From Eledone cirrhosa (lineage: Eukaryota): a stretch of 64,000 bases of DNA. The position numbers and the translations under genes are program-made. The stretch's first letter is position 1; each line of letters begins with the position of its first letter. The stretch covers positions 2,604,001 through 2,668,000 of the forward strand of contig OZ024743.1 of NCBI GenBank assembly GCA_964016885.1, read 5' to 3'. Below, one piece after another: positions 30,822 to 49,080 of the stretch. Under the pieces are notes generated by a model. It saw only the letters and a list, made by a program, of their open reading frames with translations, was not told where the DNA came from and ran no database searches.

Positions 30822-30970
30822 AATAAACGAAGCTAAATTTTAATCATTTGACTTTTATTTAACTTTATTTTACACTACTCCGGAGTAACCAAACCAACCT
30901 GCGCACTTCGTCGAGTGCTCCAGCCTGCATACTGAGGTGTTGGTATACAACCAACATAAACTCAAAATTT

Positions 30971-36084
<5,114 letters not shown>

Positions 36085-36090
<6 letters not shown>

Positions 36091-37309
36091 CGACCTTGAG
36101 AAAGCCTTTGACAGAGTTCCACGTGCTGTAATCTGGTGGGCTCTTAGAAAACTAGGAGTAGATGAATGGCTTGTGAAAGCTGTACAAGCCATGTATAAGG
36201 GAGCAGTCAGCAAAGGTAGGATTAGCAATGAGTATAGCGAGGAATTTAGCGTACAGGTTGGGGTCCACCAATGATCTGTTCTTAGCCCCGTCCTGTTCAT
36301 CATAGTCCTGCAGGCAATAACGGAGGAGTTTAAGACCGGATGCCCATGGGAACTCCTGTATGCTGATGACATCGCACTCATAGCTGATTCTATGGTAGAA
36401 CTAGAGAAGAAATTCCAAACTTGGAAGCAGGGACTAGAAACAAAGGGTCTCAAAGTCAACATGACAAAGACTAAGGTCCTTGTAAGTAGACGAGGAAACA
36501 GAATCCAGATCCCCTCAGGGAAATGGCTTTGCTCAGTATGTAGGAAAGGTGTAGGTAGGAACTCCATTCTCTGCCCCCAATGCAAACAATGGGTACACAA
36601 GAGATGTAGCGGGATCTCAGGAAGCTTAATTAAGAATGTAGGCTTCACATGCAGCAGCTGTGCTGGGACAGCAAGCAGCAAACAGCCACAGGAAACAAGT
36701 ACCACCAATCTCTGGGAGGGCTCTGTAGAAACAGTAGACAGCTTCTGCTACCTAGGTGACCGAATTAGCAGCGGATGTTCAGATTGTTCAGAAAGTACAA
36801 TAACTAGGGTAAGAACGGGATGCAAGAAGTTTAGGGAACTACTACCACTGTCAGCTGCAAAAGGCTTCTCCCTCAAAATGAAAGGCAGACTGTATGATGC
36901 GTGTATCCGAACAGCGATGTTGCATGGTAGTGAGACCTGGGCGCTGAAGGTTGAAGACTTACGTAGATTAGAGAAAAACGAAGCCTGCATGCTCCGATGG
37001 ATGTGTAACAGTAACATACGTGAACGACAAAGCATAAATGAATTGAGAGAGAGACTGAGCATAAGAGGAATCAAATGCTGTGTGCAGGAGAGGCGGTTGC
37101 GCTGGTATGGACATGTGATGCGTATGAAGGATGACAGCTGCATAAAAAGGTGCAGAGCACTAGAAGTTGATGGAAACCGCGGAGTGGGGAGACCCAAGAT
37201 GACCTGGGATGAGGTGATAAAAGCCGACCTTACCCAATTACACCTCTCAAAGGCAATGAAACACGACCGTCACCTCTGGCGTCACGCAGTAATACAGAGT
37301 ACCCGACCT
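36085..37309 (+). mobile_element. RTE family A, 5'-truncated, runs into the assembly gap
   Basis: FVDLEKAFD...YADD...PHD-like finger...VIQSTRP; one in-frame stop near 36272. Confidence 0.92.
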
Positions 37310-37509
37310 NNNNNNNNNNNNNNNNNNNNNNNNNNNNNNNNNNNNNNNNNNNNNNNNNNNNNNNNNNNNNNNNNNNNNNNNNNNNNNNNNNNNNNNNNNN
37401 NNNNNNNNNNNNNNNNNNNNNNNNNNNNNNNNNNNNNNNNNNNNNNNNNNNNNNNNNNNNNNNNNNNNNNNNNNNNNNNNNNNNNNNNNNNNNNNNNNNN
37501 NNNNNNNNN
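37310..37509. other. Assembly gap (~200 N)
   Basis: Run of N. Confidence 0.99.
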
Positions 37510-37642
37510 GGGGGCGAAAGAAAGTGTGAGCAACAGAGAGAACGGGGAAGCAGTAAGAGAGAAACAGACAAACACAGCCGAGGTAAATATATATAAAAAA
37601 CATGAGAAGAAAGAAGAATACTGCGTGGTTGCAAATGGGATA
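37510..37642. repeat. Fragment of an unclassified repeat also present at 55050-55590
   Basis: GGGGAAGCAGTAAGAGAGAAACAGA...CTGCGTGGTTGCAA shared with 55456-55590. Confidence 0.7.
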
Positions 37643-37684
37643 TGTATATATATATATATATAATGTATATATATATATATAATG

Positions 37685-37719
<35 letters not shown>

Positions 37720-37722
37720 GTG

Positions 37723-37807
<85 letters not shown>

Positions 37808-37896
37808 GTATATATATATGTATATATATATATATATGTATATATATATGTATATATATATATATGTATATATATATGTATATATATATATATGTG

Positions 37897-37929
<33 letters not shown>

Positions 37930-37980
37930 GTATATATATATGTATATATATATATGTATGTATATATGTATATATATATA

Positions 37981-38726
37981 TGTGTGCAGAGGATATACGC
38001 AGACTAGAGAGGAACGAAGCTTGCATGCTCCGCTGGATGTGTAACAGTAATATACGTGAACGGCAAAGCATAAACGAACTAAGGAAAAAATTAGAGATAA
38101 GAGGGATCAGATGTTGTTTACTCGAGAGAAGGCTGCGTTGGTATGGACACGTGATGCGCATGAAAGTCGATAGCTGTATTACAAAGTGCAGGGCAATAAA
38201 GATAGACGGTAGCCACGGAATAGGCAGACCTAGAAAAACATGGGATGAGCTGATAAACTCCGACCTCACACACTTACACCTCTCCAAGACAATGTCACTG
38301 GACCGTGACCTTTGGCGGTACTCAGTAACAGAGAAGACCCGCCTTGCCAGTAGGCATCTCTAACAAAATACACCCCGTCCCGCCACCACCCCCACCCCAT
38401 CCACACCACCCCGTTCTATGTAAAGTTATGTTGGTGCCGCGCCATCCAGGCCGAAACAAATGAGATCGTGTAGGTGTCACGAGAAAAAAAACACACAGTC
38501 CACGCTGTAATGTGGCCGTGTAGGCAACACGGTAAAAACCTCCCAGACCCACACTGTAAATGTGGTTGGTGTTAGGAAGGGCATCCAACTGTAGAAAACC
38601 TGCCAGACAGTCCTATGCGAGCAAGACAATCACTCTTGCCTCAAGTGGGACTACCCCCGTCCAAACCCATGCAAGCGTGGAACACGGACGTTAAACGTTG
38701 ATGATGATGATGATGATGATGATGAT
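37981..38726 (+). mobile_element. RTE family B 3' portion
   Basis: [20 protein letters not shown] to ORF end, 3' UTR, (GAT)n tail. Confidence 0.92.
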
Positions 38727-39030
38727 ATATATATGTATGTATATATATATATGTATGTATATATATATGTATATATATATATATCTATATATGTATATAT
38801 ATATATATGTATGTATATATATATGTATATATGTATGTATGTATATATATATGTATATATATATATATCTATATATGTATATATATATATATGTATATAT
38901 ATATATGTATATCGACGAAATGCCTACGACGGTTGGAAGGCCACTGATGAAGGACAAACTTTTTCATATGTAACCCATTTGCAACGCCGCAGCTCCATTA
39001 TTATCATATATATATATATGTCTATATATG

Positions 39031-39069
<39 letters not shown>

Positions 39070-39081
39070 GTATATATATAT

Positions 39082-40212
39082 CATCATCATCATCATCATC
39101 ACCGTTTTACGTCCGTTCTTCCACGCTAGCATGGGTTAGACGGGTTGTCCTGTTGTGGGCAGTGTCTGGTCGGCTGACCATGCCTTGCTCATACAGGAAC
39201 TGATCTGGCTTGATTTCTACAGCTGGATGCCCTTCCTAACACCAACCTCATTTACAGTGAGTGCTGGGTGCTTTTTCGTGGCGCCTACACGTCCACTTTA
39301 CAGTGTGGGCTGGGTGCTTTTTTGCCGTGGCACCTCCACGACCACCTTGCGGTGGGGGGGGGGGGGGCATATTGTTTATATGCTTCAGCATGTACCCATG
39401 GGAGGTCGGGTACCCTGTATTACTGCGTGACGCCAGAAGTCACGGTCGTGTGTCATTGACTTTGAGAGGTGTAGTTGGGTAAGGTCGGCTTTTATCACCT
39501 CATCCCAAGTCATCTTGGGTCTCCCCACCCCGCGGTTTCCATCAACTTCTAGTGCTCTGCACCTTTTTATGCAGCTGTCATCCTTCATACGCATCACATG
39601 TCCATACCAGCGTAACCGCCTCTCCTGCACGCAGCATTTGATTCCTCTTATGCTCAGTCTCTCTCTCAATTCATTTATGCTTTGTCGTTCACGTATATTA
39701 CTGTTACACATCCATCGGAGCATGCAGGCTTCGTTTCTCTCTAATCTACGTAAGTCTTCCACCTTCAGCGCCCAGGTCTCACTACCATGCAACATCGCTG
39801 TTCGGATACACGCATCATACAGTCTGCCTTTCATTCTGAGGGAGAAGCCTTTTGCAGCTAGCAGTGGTAGTAGTTCCCTAAACTTCTTCCATCCCGTTCT
39901 TACCCTAGTTATTGTACTTTCTGAGCACCCACCTCCGTTGCTAATTCGGTCACCTAGGTAGCAGAAGCTGTCTACTGTTTCTACAGGGCCCTCCCAGAGA
40001 TTGGTGGTACTTGTTTCCTGTGGCTGTTTGCTTGCTGTTTCAGCACAGCTGCTGCATGTGAATCCTACATTCTTAATTAAGCTTCCTGAGATCCCGCTAC
40101 ATCTCTTGTGTACCCATTGTTTGCATTTGGGGCAGAGAATGGAGTTCCTACCTACACCTTTCCTACATACTGAGCAAGGCCATTTCCCTGAGGGGATCTG
40201 GGTTCTGTTTTC

Positions 40213-40213
<1 letters not shown>
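39082..40213 (-). mobile_element. RTE family A, 5'-truncated
   Basis: ORF 39385-40213; near-identical to 10005-11140. Confidence 0.93.
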
Positions 40214-40246
<33 letters not shown>

Positions 40247-40295
40247 CATATATATACATACATATATATATACATACATATATATATATACATAC

Positions 40296-40348
<53 letters not shown>

Positions 40349-40374
40349 CACACCTATATATATATATACACATA

Positions 40375-40408
<34 letters not shown>

Positions 40409-40409
40409 C

Positions 40410-40476
<67 letters not shown>

Positions 40477-40534
40477 TATGTGTATATATATTATATATGT
40501 ATATATATATATATATGTATATATATTATATATG

Positions 40535-40568
<34 letters not shown>

Positions 40569-40648
40569 TATGTATACATATATAGGTGTGTTTATATATG
40601 TATATATATATATGTATATATATATGTATATATGTATATATATATATG

Positions 40649-40700
<52 letters not shown>

Positions 40701-40732
40701 TGTATATGTATATATGTATGTATATATGTATA

Positions 40733-40775
<43 letters not shown>

Positions 40776-40896
40776 GTATATATGTATGTATATATGTATA
40801 TATATGTATATATGTATATATATATGTATATATATGTATATATATATGTATATGTATATATGTATGTATATATGTATATATATGTATATATATATG

Positions 40897-40947
<51 letters not shown>

Positions 40948-41006
40948 GTATATATATATGTATGTATATATGTATGTATATATATATGTATATATATATG
41001 TTGTAT
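40214..41006. repeat. (TA)n array, TACA switching to TATG near 40450
   Basis: Directly visible. Confidence 0.95.
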
Positions 41007-41614
41007 GTCAGGTCACCAGTTGGTGCTACTGGTAACATGTATCCCAGTACAACCTGTCTCATGGTCGGGTCGTTGGCGACTAAACTGGCAACCCCACCAA
41101 GGTTTCTTGGTGAGGAGGGTGACTTTGGACATCCTGCAGGACTAAAAACAAAACCTGTCAAAGGGCAAAGGAGCTCTTAAAAGTCAATGGCCATCCAAAA
41201 TCACCGGGAGAGATGACCCCTTAGCCTTTGTCAAGGCAGAATTCTAGGAGAAGGAAAACTCTGATATAACACCTGCAACCCTGATGGTATCCAATGATGT
41301 TGACTTGTTCTTCTTTTTGGTAAATATCATCTTGGTTAAGAGAGTGGGACTGGCTTTGTGCAGTGCCTTTGCTCACTATAAAAGCTTCACGGCACAGGCA
41401 TTGCTTTGTATCTGGAGATCTCTCTGCACTTGTCCTCACATGGTACCATGGGCCCAGCACTATGTGTCAATAATTGTCACAGGTGTAGTGTTTGTACCAG
41501 AGTTTTCAAGTCGCTGGCTGGACTAAAAAGTCACACTCGTTCAGCGCTTCGGTAGGGGTTCTCCTACATGGATATAAAGTAGTGGCCGTACTCGAAAACG
41601 AGTTGGCAGCCACC
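41007..41614 (+). mobile_element. Family D: ~610-bp bipartite non-autonomous RTE-derived retroposon, full length
   Basis: Three full copies share both ends; RTE 5'UTR-like CTAGGAGAAGGAAAACTCTGA; 3' part translates to [20 protein letters not shown]; terminal hairpin CTCGAAAACGAG. Confidence 0.8.
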
Positions 41615-41815
41615 ATATGTATGTATATGTATATATGTATGTATATGTATATGTGTATGTATGTGTATGTATATATATGTATATGTGTATGTATATGTAT
41701 GTGTATGTATGTATATATGTGTGTATATGTATGTATGTATATGTATATGTATATGTATGTATGTATATGTATGTATGTATGTATGTGTATATGTATGTAT
41801 ATATATATGTATATG

Positions 41816-41846
<31 letters not shown>

Positions 41847-42048
41847 GTATATGTATGTATATGTATTTGTATGTATGTGTATGTGTATGTATGTGTATAT
41901 GTATGTATGTATGTATATATGTATGTATGTATATGTATATGTATGTGTGTATGTATGTATGTATATATGTATGTATGTATGTATATATGTATGTATGTGT
42001 ATATGTATGTATGTGTATATGTATGTATATGTATATGTATATATATAT
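41615..42048. repeat. (TATG)n-rich array directly after family D
   Basis: Directly visible. Confidence 0.95.
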
Positions 42049-42051
42049 GCT

Positions 42052-42313
42052 GCTTTGTGCAGTGCCTTTGCTCACTATAAAAGCTTCACAGCACAGGCAT
42101 TGCTTTATATCTGGAGATCTCTCTGCACTGGTCGTCACATGGTACCATGGGCCCAGCACTATGTGTCAATAATTGTCACAAGTGTAGTGTTTGTACCAGA
42201 GTTTTCAAGTCGCTGGCTGGACTAAAAAGTCACATTCGTTCAGCGCATTGGTAGGGGTTCTCCTACATGGATATAAAGTAGTGGCCGTACTCGAAAACGA
42301 GTTGGCAGCCCCC
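42052..42313 (+). mobile_element. Family D, 5'-truncated copy
   Basis: Matches 41352-41614. Confidence 0.88.
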
Positions 42314-42568
42314 ATATATATATATGTATGTATATATGTATGTATATATATATGTATATATATATGTATGTATATATGTATGTATATATATATGTATGTA
42401 TATATATATATATGTATGTATATATATATGTATGTATATATATATATATGTATGTATATATATGTATATATATATATATGTATATATATATGTATATATA
42501 TATATATGTATATATATATGTATATATATATGTATATATATATGTATATATATATGTATATATATATG

Positions 42569-42613
<45 letters not shown>

Positions 42614-42614
42614 G

Positions 42615-42645
<31 letters not shown>

Positions 42646-42694
42646 GTATATATATATATGTGTATATATATATATGTATATATATATATATGTG

Positions 42695-42725
<31 letters not shown>

Positions 42726-42776
42726 GTATATATATATGTATATATATATATATGTATATATATATGTATATATATG

Positions 42777-42807
<31 letters not shown>

Positions 42808-42808
42808 G

Positions 42809-42871
<63 letters not shown>

Positions 42872-42872
42872 G

Positions 42873-42919
<47 letters not shown>

Positions 42920-42971
42920 GTGTATATATATATATGTATATATATATTTTATATATGTATATATATATGTA

Positions 42972-43018
<47 letters not shown>

Positions 43019-43075
43019 GTATATATATATATATGTATATATGTATATATATATGTATATGTATATATGTATATA

Positions 43076-43151
<76 letters not shown>

Positions 43152-43180
43152 TATATGTGTATATATATATATATGTATAT
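42314..43180. repeat. (TA)n/TATG array
   Basis: Directly visible. Confidence 0.95.
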
Positions 43181-44800
43181 CCACACATACAGACAGACAA
43201 CAGGATTACCCATGGGATCCAGCCTTTCGAGCCTGCTGGCCATCACCTACATGAACCAGCTAGAATGCCGAGCCCTCAACACCTGCCATTCCCATGCCTT
43301 CTTCACCCGATATGTAGATGGCATACTCATCCTTACATCATCCCGTGAGGAGGCAGAGAAAATATACACAACATTCTCCAGCATGGACGCCAGTATAAAG
43401 TTCAGCATGGAACACCCCGATGACCGTGGATCCCTATCCCTACTGGACCTCCAACTCAGGGTAACAGAGGAAGGCAACATCCACACCTGCTTCTATAAAA
43501 AATCCGCCAGCAGGGACCTGTTCGTACATTTCAGATCGGCCCTCCCACTCGGTGCCAAGTTCGGATACATAAAGAACGAACTGGCACGTATCAAGAACAA
43601 ATGCACCGACGCCAGAGACCGAGACACACACACCAAACATTTCCTGGAAGTACTCAAACTGAACGGATACACGACATCCACCACAAACCGTGCCAGAAAG
43701 AACAGAGGACACCACACCCGAGGCACTAACACTTGCTTCCTGAAGCTCCCACACTTCAGTGAAGAAACAACAACAGCCATCCGCAGAGCCATCAGACGAG
43801 AGGGACTGGATATCCAACTGGCCCACTCGGGTCCTTCTCTGCGTGGACGGCTGGCCAAGAGACACTCCACCAGACATGACAACTGCTGCAGACTAGCCAA
43901 CTGCCCCATCAACGACACAGACCTATGCCACCAGGCTTACGTAGTATACAGACTAGAGTGTGACAAATGCAACAACTTTTACGTAGGTAGCACCACCAGA
44001 CCACTCCACATAAGAATAAAAGAACACCTCAATACTAACGCTTCCTCATTTAAGAAACACCTAGTTAAATGCAAAAACACCGATAAAAACATAACAGTTA
44101 GGATAGAAACTAAGGAAAGAAACCTCGGCAATCTTAGAATTAAGGAAGCACTTATTATAGATAAAACACATCCACCAATCAATAATAGACTAGAGCTCAA
44201 CACCCAATTTATAACCTGATAGGGCCTCTAGCCCCATATTTACACACCCCACACACACGCATGCTTACACCTCCACTTATTCTCTCTCACACATACACAC
44301 ACAAAACCAGTTCTAACACCAGATAACACCTACCCCCCACTTTTACGATTAGACCTATCTTCCCACACTCACACACACACACATACCTACACCTTCATGC
44401 ATTCTCCCACACACATATACAGGCACGTATATAAAATTAAAATAAAGAAAAAAACCCTAAACAAACCCCTCTTAAAGGGAGACTACTCTTTATCCACCTA
44501 ATTTTAATTCTTTGATATTAGAGTTAGAACAGATACTCTATACTATTTCCGGTCAGCATGGCTTGGCTAGAGATTTAAGACGCTTGTTTGAGACCTTTAC
44601 TTCCCTCCGAAGAAGAGATATTATCTCGAAAATTAAGGACATTTAAATAAATTCAAGGTGAAAGACGAATTCTCATCAATATCTTTTACCATTGCTTTCT
44701 TTTTTCTATGTCCATACCTGCATTGTTTTGGCCTTATTACACATATTCAAACGTTTATACCTCATTACACAATGCTTCAAGTGAACTATAACCTCCCGCC
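43181..44800 (+). mobile_element. Penelope-like element, 5'-truncated (RT core/thumb + GIY-YIG + terminal repeat)
   Basis: [19 protein letters not shown] (degenerate YVDD), LSLLDL, Cys-rich linker, [29 protein letters not shown]; stop at 44219; hammerhead-like motif at 44601-44640. Confidence 0.9.
43188..44219 (+). pseudogene. PLE reverse transcriptase / GIY-YIG endonuclease, C-terminal ~340 aa
   Basis: Non-repetitive part of ORF 42324-44219. Confidence 0.87.
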
Positions 44801-44857
44801 ATATATATGTATGTATATATATATATATGTATGTATATATATATATATATATGTATG

Positions 44858-44890
<33 letters not shown>

Positions 44891-45138
44891 GTATATATAT
44901 GTATATATATATATATATGTATATATATATGTATATATGTATATATATATGTATATATATATATATGTATATATATATATCTGTATATATATATATATAT
45001 ATGTATGTATATATGTATATATATATATATATGTATATATATATGTATATATATTAATATGTATATATATATGTATATTATATATGTATATTATATATAT
45101 ATATATGTATATGTATATGTATATATATATGTATATAT

Positions 45139-46453
45139 CATCATCATCATCATCATCATCAACGTTTAACGTCCGTGTTCCACGCTTGCATGGGTTTGGA
45201 CGGGGGTAGTCCCACTTGAGGCAAGAGTGATTGTCTTGCTCGCATAGGACTGTCTGGCAGGTTTTCTACAGTTGGATGCCCTTCCTAACACCAACCACAT
45301 TTACAGTGTGGGTCTGGGAGGTTTTTACCGTGTTGCCTACACGGCCACATTACAGCGTGGACTGTGTGTTTTTTTGTCGTGACACCTACACGATCTCATT
45401 TGTTTCGGCCTGGATGGCGCGGCACCAATAACTTTACATAGAACGGGGTGGGGGTGGTGGTGGTGGGACGGGGTGTATTTTGTTAGAGATGCCTACTGGC
45501 TGGAGTAGGTTTTACTATATATTTAGGTAAGGCGGGTCTTCTCTGTTACTGAGTACCGCCAAAGGTCTCGGTCCAGTGACATTGTCTTGGAGAGGTGTAA
45601 GTGTGTGATGTCGGAGTTTATCAGCTCGTCCCAGGTTTTTCTAGGTCTGCCTATTCCGTGACTACCGTCTATCTTTATTGCCCTGCACTTTGTTATACAG
45701 CTATCGACTTTCATGCGCATCACGTGTCCATACCAACGTAGCCTTCTCTCGAGTAAACAACATCTGATCCCTCTTATCTCTAATTTTTTCCTTAGTTTGT
45801 TTATGCTTTGCCGTTCACGTATATTACTGTTACACATCCAGCGGAGCATGCAAGCTTCGTTCCTCTCTAGTCTGCGTATATCCTCTGCACACAATGCCCA
45901 GGTCTCACTGCCATGCAGCATTGCTGTTCGTATGCAGGCATCGTACAACCTGCCTTTCATTTTTAGGTAGAACCCTTTTGCAGCTAATAGTGGTATAAGC
46001 TCTCTGAACTTTTTCCAACCAGTTCTGACTCTAGCTACAGTACTTTCAGAGCACCCTCCCCCACTGCTGATTTTATCGCCCAGGTAACGGAAGCTGTCCA
46101 CTATTTCTATAGAACCCTCTGGGCAATTGAAAGAGCTAGTATTTTGTGGGCACTTGCTGCTACTTATTGCACCAGAACACCGGCCACATGTAAAATCTAT
46201 GTTCTTAGTTAGCTTACCTGTGATCCCACTACATCTTTTATGCACCCATACTTTGCATTTAGGACATAAAATGGAGTTTCTACCTACGCCTTTCCTACAC
46301 ACCGAGCATGACCATTTCCCAGAAGGGACCGCCGCCTTGTTTTCTTTCCTACAAACTAGAACTTTGGTCTTAGCCAGGTTAATTTTAAGTCCTTTTGACT
46401 CTAGGCCGTGCTTCCATGTTTGGAATTTCTTCTCTAGCTCGGCCATTGATTCC
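45139..46453 (-). mobile_element. RTE family B, 5'-truncated
   Basis: ORF 45523-46446, 3' UTR, (GAT)n tail. Confidence 0.93.
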
Positions 46454-46462
46454 TAGAGAAGA

Positions 46463-46653
46463 ATATATATATATGTATATATATATATGTATATGTATAT
46501 ATATATGTATATATATATGTATATGTATATGTATATATATATGTATATATATATATATGTATATATGTATATATGTATATATATATGTATATATATATAT
46601 ATGTATATATGTATATATCAATATATATATGTATATATATATATATGTATATA

Positions 46654-46696
<43 letters not shown>

Positions 46697-46697
46697 G

Positions 46698-46754
<57 letters not shown>

Positions 46755-46936
46755 GTATATATATATATGTATATATATGTGTATATATATGTGTATATAT
46801 ATATGTATATATATATATATATATATATGTATATGTGTATATATATATATGTGTATATATATGTGTATATATATGTATATATATGTGTATATATATATAT
46901 GTATATGTGTATATATATATATATATGTATATATGA

Positions 46937-46967
<31 letters not shown>

Positions 46968-47027
46968 TATGTATATGTGTATATATATATATGTGTATAT
47001 ATATATATATATGTATATATGAATATA

Positions 47028-47080
<53 letters not shown>

Positions 47081-47272
47081 GTATATATATATATATATGT
47101 ACATGTATATATGAATATATATATGTATATATATATATGTATGTATATGTATATATATATATATATATATGTACATGTATATATGAATATATATATATGT
47201 ATGTATATATATATAGGTGTGTATATATATATATGTATATATATAGGTGTGTATATATATATATGTATATAT
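46463..47272. repeat. (TA)n/TATG array
   Basis: Directly visible. Confidence 0.95.
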
Positions 47273-47822
47273 CATCATCATCACCGTTTTACGTCCGTTC
47301 TTCCACGCTAGTATGGGTTAGACGGGTTGTCCTGTTGTGGGCAGTGTCTGCTCGGCTGACCATGCCTTGCTCATACAGGAACTGATTTGGCTTGATTTCT
47401 ACAGCTGGATGCCCTTCCTAACACCAACCTCATTTACAGTGAGTGCTGGGTGCTTTTTTGTGGCGCCTACACGTCCACTATACAGTGTGGGCTGGGTGCT
47501 TTTTTGCCGTGGCACCTCCACGACCACCTTGCAGTGGGGGGTGTGGGGGCATATTGTCTATATGCTTCAGCTTGTACCCATGGGAGGTCGGGTACTCTGT
47601 ATTACTGCGTGACGCCAGAAGTCACGGTCGCGTGTCATTGTCTTTGAGAGTTGCAATTGGGTAACTTCGGCTTTTATCACCTCATCCCAGGTCATCTTGG
47701 GTCTCCCCACTCCGCGGTTTCCATCAACTTCTAGTGCTCTGCACCTTTTTATGCAGCTGTCATCCTTCATACGCATCACATGTCCATACCAGCGCAACCG
47801 CCTCTCCTGCACACAGCATTTG
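47273..47822 (-). mobile_element. RTE family A 3' fragment
   Basis: [17 protein letters not shown] to end, 3' UTR and tail. Confidence 0.91.
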
Positions 47823-47831
47823 TATATGTAT

Positions 47832-47863
<32 letters not shown>

Positions 47864-47895
47864 GTATATGTATATATATATGTATATGTATATAT

Positions 47896-47999
<104 letters not shown>

Positions 48000-48046
48000 G
48001 TGTATATATATATATATGTGTATATATATATATGTGTATATATATA

Positions 48047-48118
<72 letters not shown>

Positions 48119-48739
48119 TGTATATATATACATATATGTATATATATATATATATATATAGGCTTGGCACTTGTTGGTATAAGATGTGAATTGTCGTCTC
48201 TCCAGATTTGAAATTTTAATATTTTAAATCGACAGTAATCGGATTTATGTATGGTTTTAATTCTTCAGAGGACAAGGAAAACATACAAAAAAGATAAGTT
48301 TTTGTGCTTTGACGCAATTATTTTGAAGGATATTTTACATATATTACCGTTTTGAACATGTTTATTTTCACTGTATGATTCCTTCTTAGGAGACAACACA
48401 CACACGTGCTTTCTATTTTTCTTGACTATCATACAGAGCATTTTGGTTTAACTTAGGCAGATCTTGTATTAATTTTGATTTTTCTGAGTAACATAATTTA
48501 ATTTGATATAATCTTGTTTGATTTGGTATAATCTTATCTGTATTTGACCCGATTTCGTTGTTTCTTGTATGATATGCTGATATTACAATAACTTTGTATA
48601 TTTGTAAACAAACATTTACATTCAGCTTATATATACAACTTACATCGTGTTTCTATATCTCTGTTTCCGGTTTCTTCCATTCATTAATTTAAATTTAAAA
48701 ATTTATTTTTATATTTATGAACTGCTGTTGCTCACGCTG

Positions 48740-48758
48740 TCTCTATCTCTCTCCTTCC

Positions 48759-48805
<47 letters not shown>

Positions 48806-49075
48806 CAACGAGCTCTCTTTCTCCCTCTCTCTAGATCAACGAGCTCTCTCTCTCTCTCTCTCTCTATCTCTATCTCCTCTCTCTCCCTCTGACCTTCCCC
48901 CCCACTCTTCCCGCTATCTCTCTCGCTCCCCTCTTCTCTCTCCCCCTTTTCTTTTCTTTTCTTCTGTTTCTCTTTCTTTTTCTCGCTGGAGTTATATCTC
49001 TATCTCCCTCCCTCACTCTGTCCCTCTCTAACCCCTACCCTACACTTCCCACTGTCTCTCTTTCTCCCCTCCACA
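48740..49075 (+). repeat. (CT)n / polypyrimidine tract upstream of LINE ORF1
   Basis: Directly visible. Confidence 0.9.
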
Positions 49076-49080
49076 GCGAA

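Larger units (their letters stand above)
30455..30970 (+). mobile_element. Penelope-like terminal repeat with ~420-bp palindrome (30455-30872) carrying a hammerhead on each strand
   Basis: Arms near-identical except a ~23-bp indel; centre GTCATATGAC (30671-30680). Confidence 0.75.

Noticed and set aside
36392-37663. 423-aa ORF spanning the gap
   Set aside because: Extension through Ns is an artefact; only the RTE-A part is real
41007-41100. HDV-like ribozyme at the 5' end of family D
   Set aside because: Some pairings exist (GTCAGGT/ACCTGTC, CCAGT/ACTGG after CTAA) but I could not arrange them in the required P1-P2-P3-P1.1-P4 order
41284-41526. 80-aa ORF conserved in three family D copies
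   Set aside because: Copies are near-identical, so conservation is uninformative; no recognisable motif
43188-44222. Selenocysteine-recoding (Naiad-type) PLE
   Set aside because: No in-frame TGA within the visible ORF; the terminal TGA is followed at once by TAG
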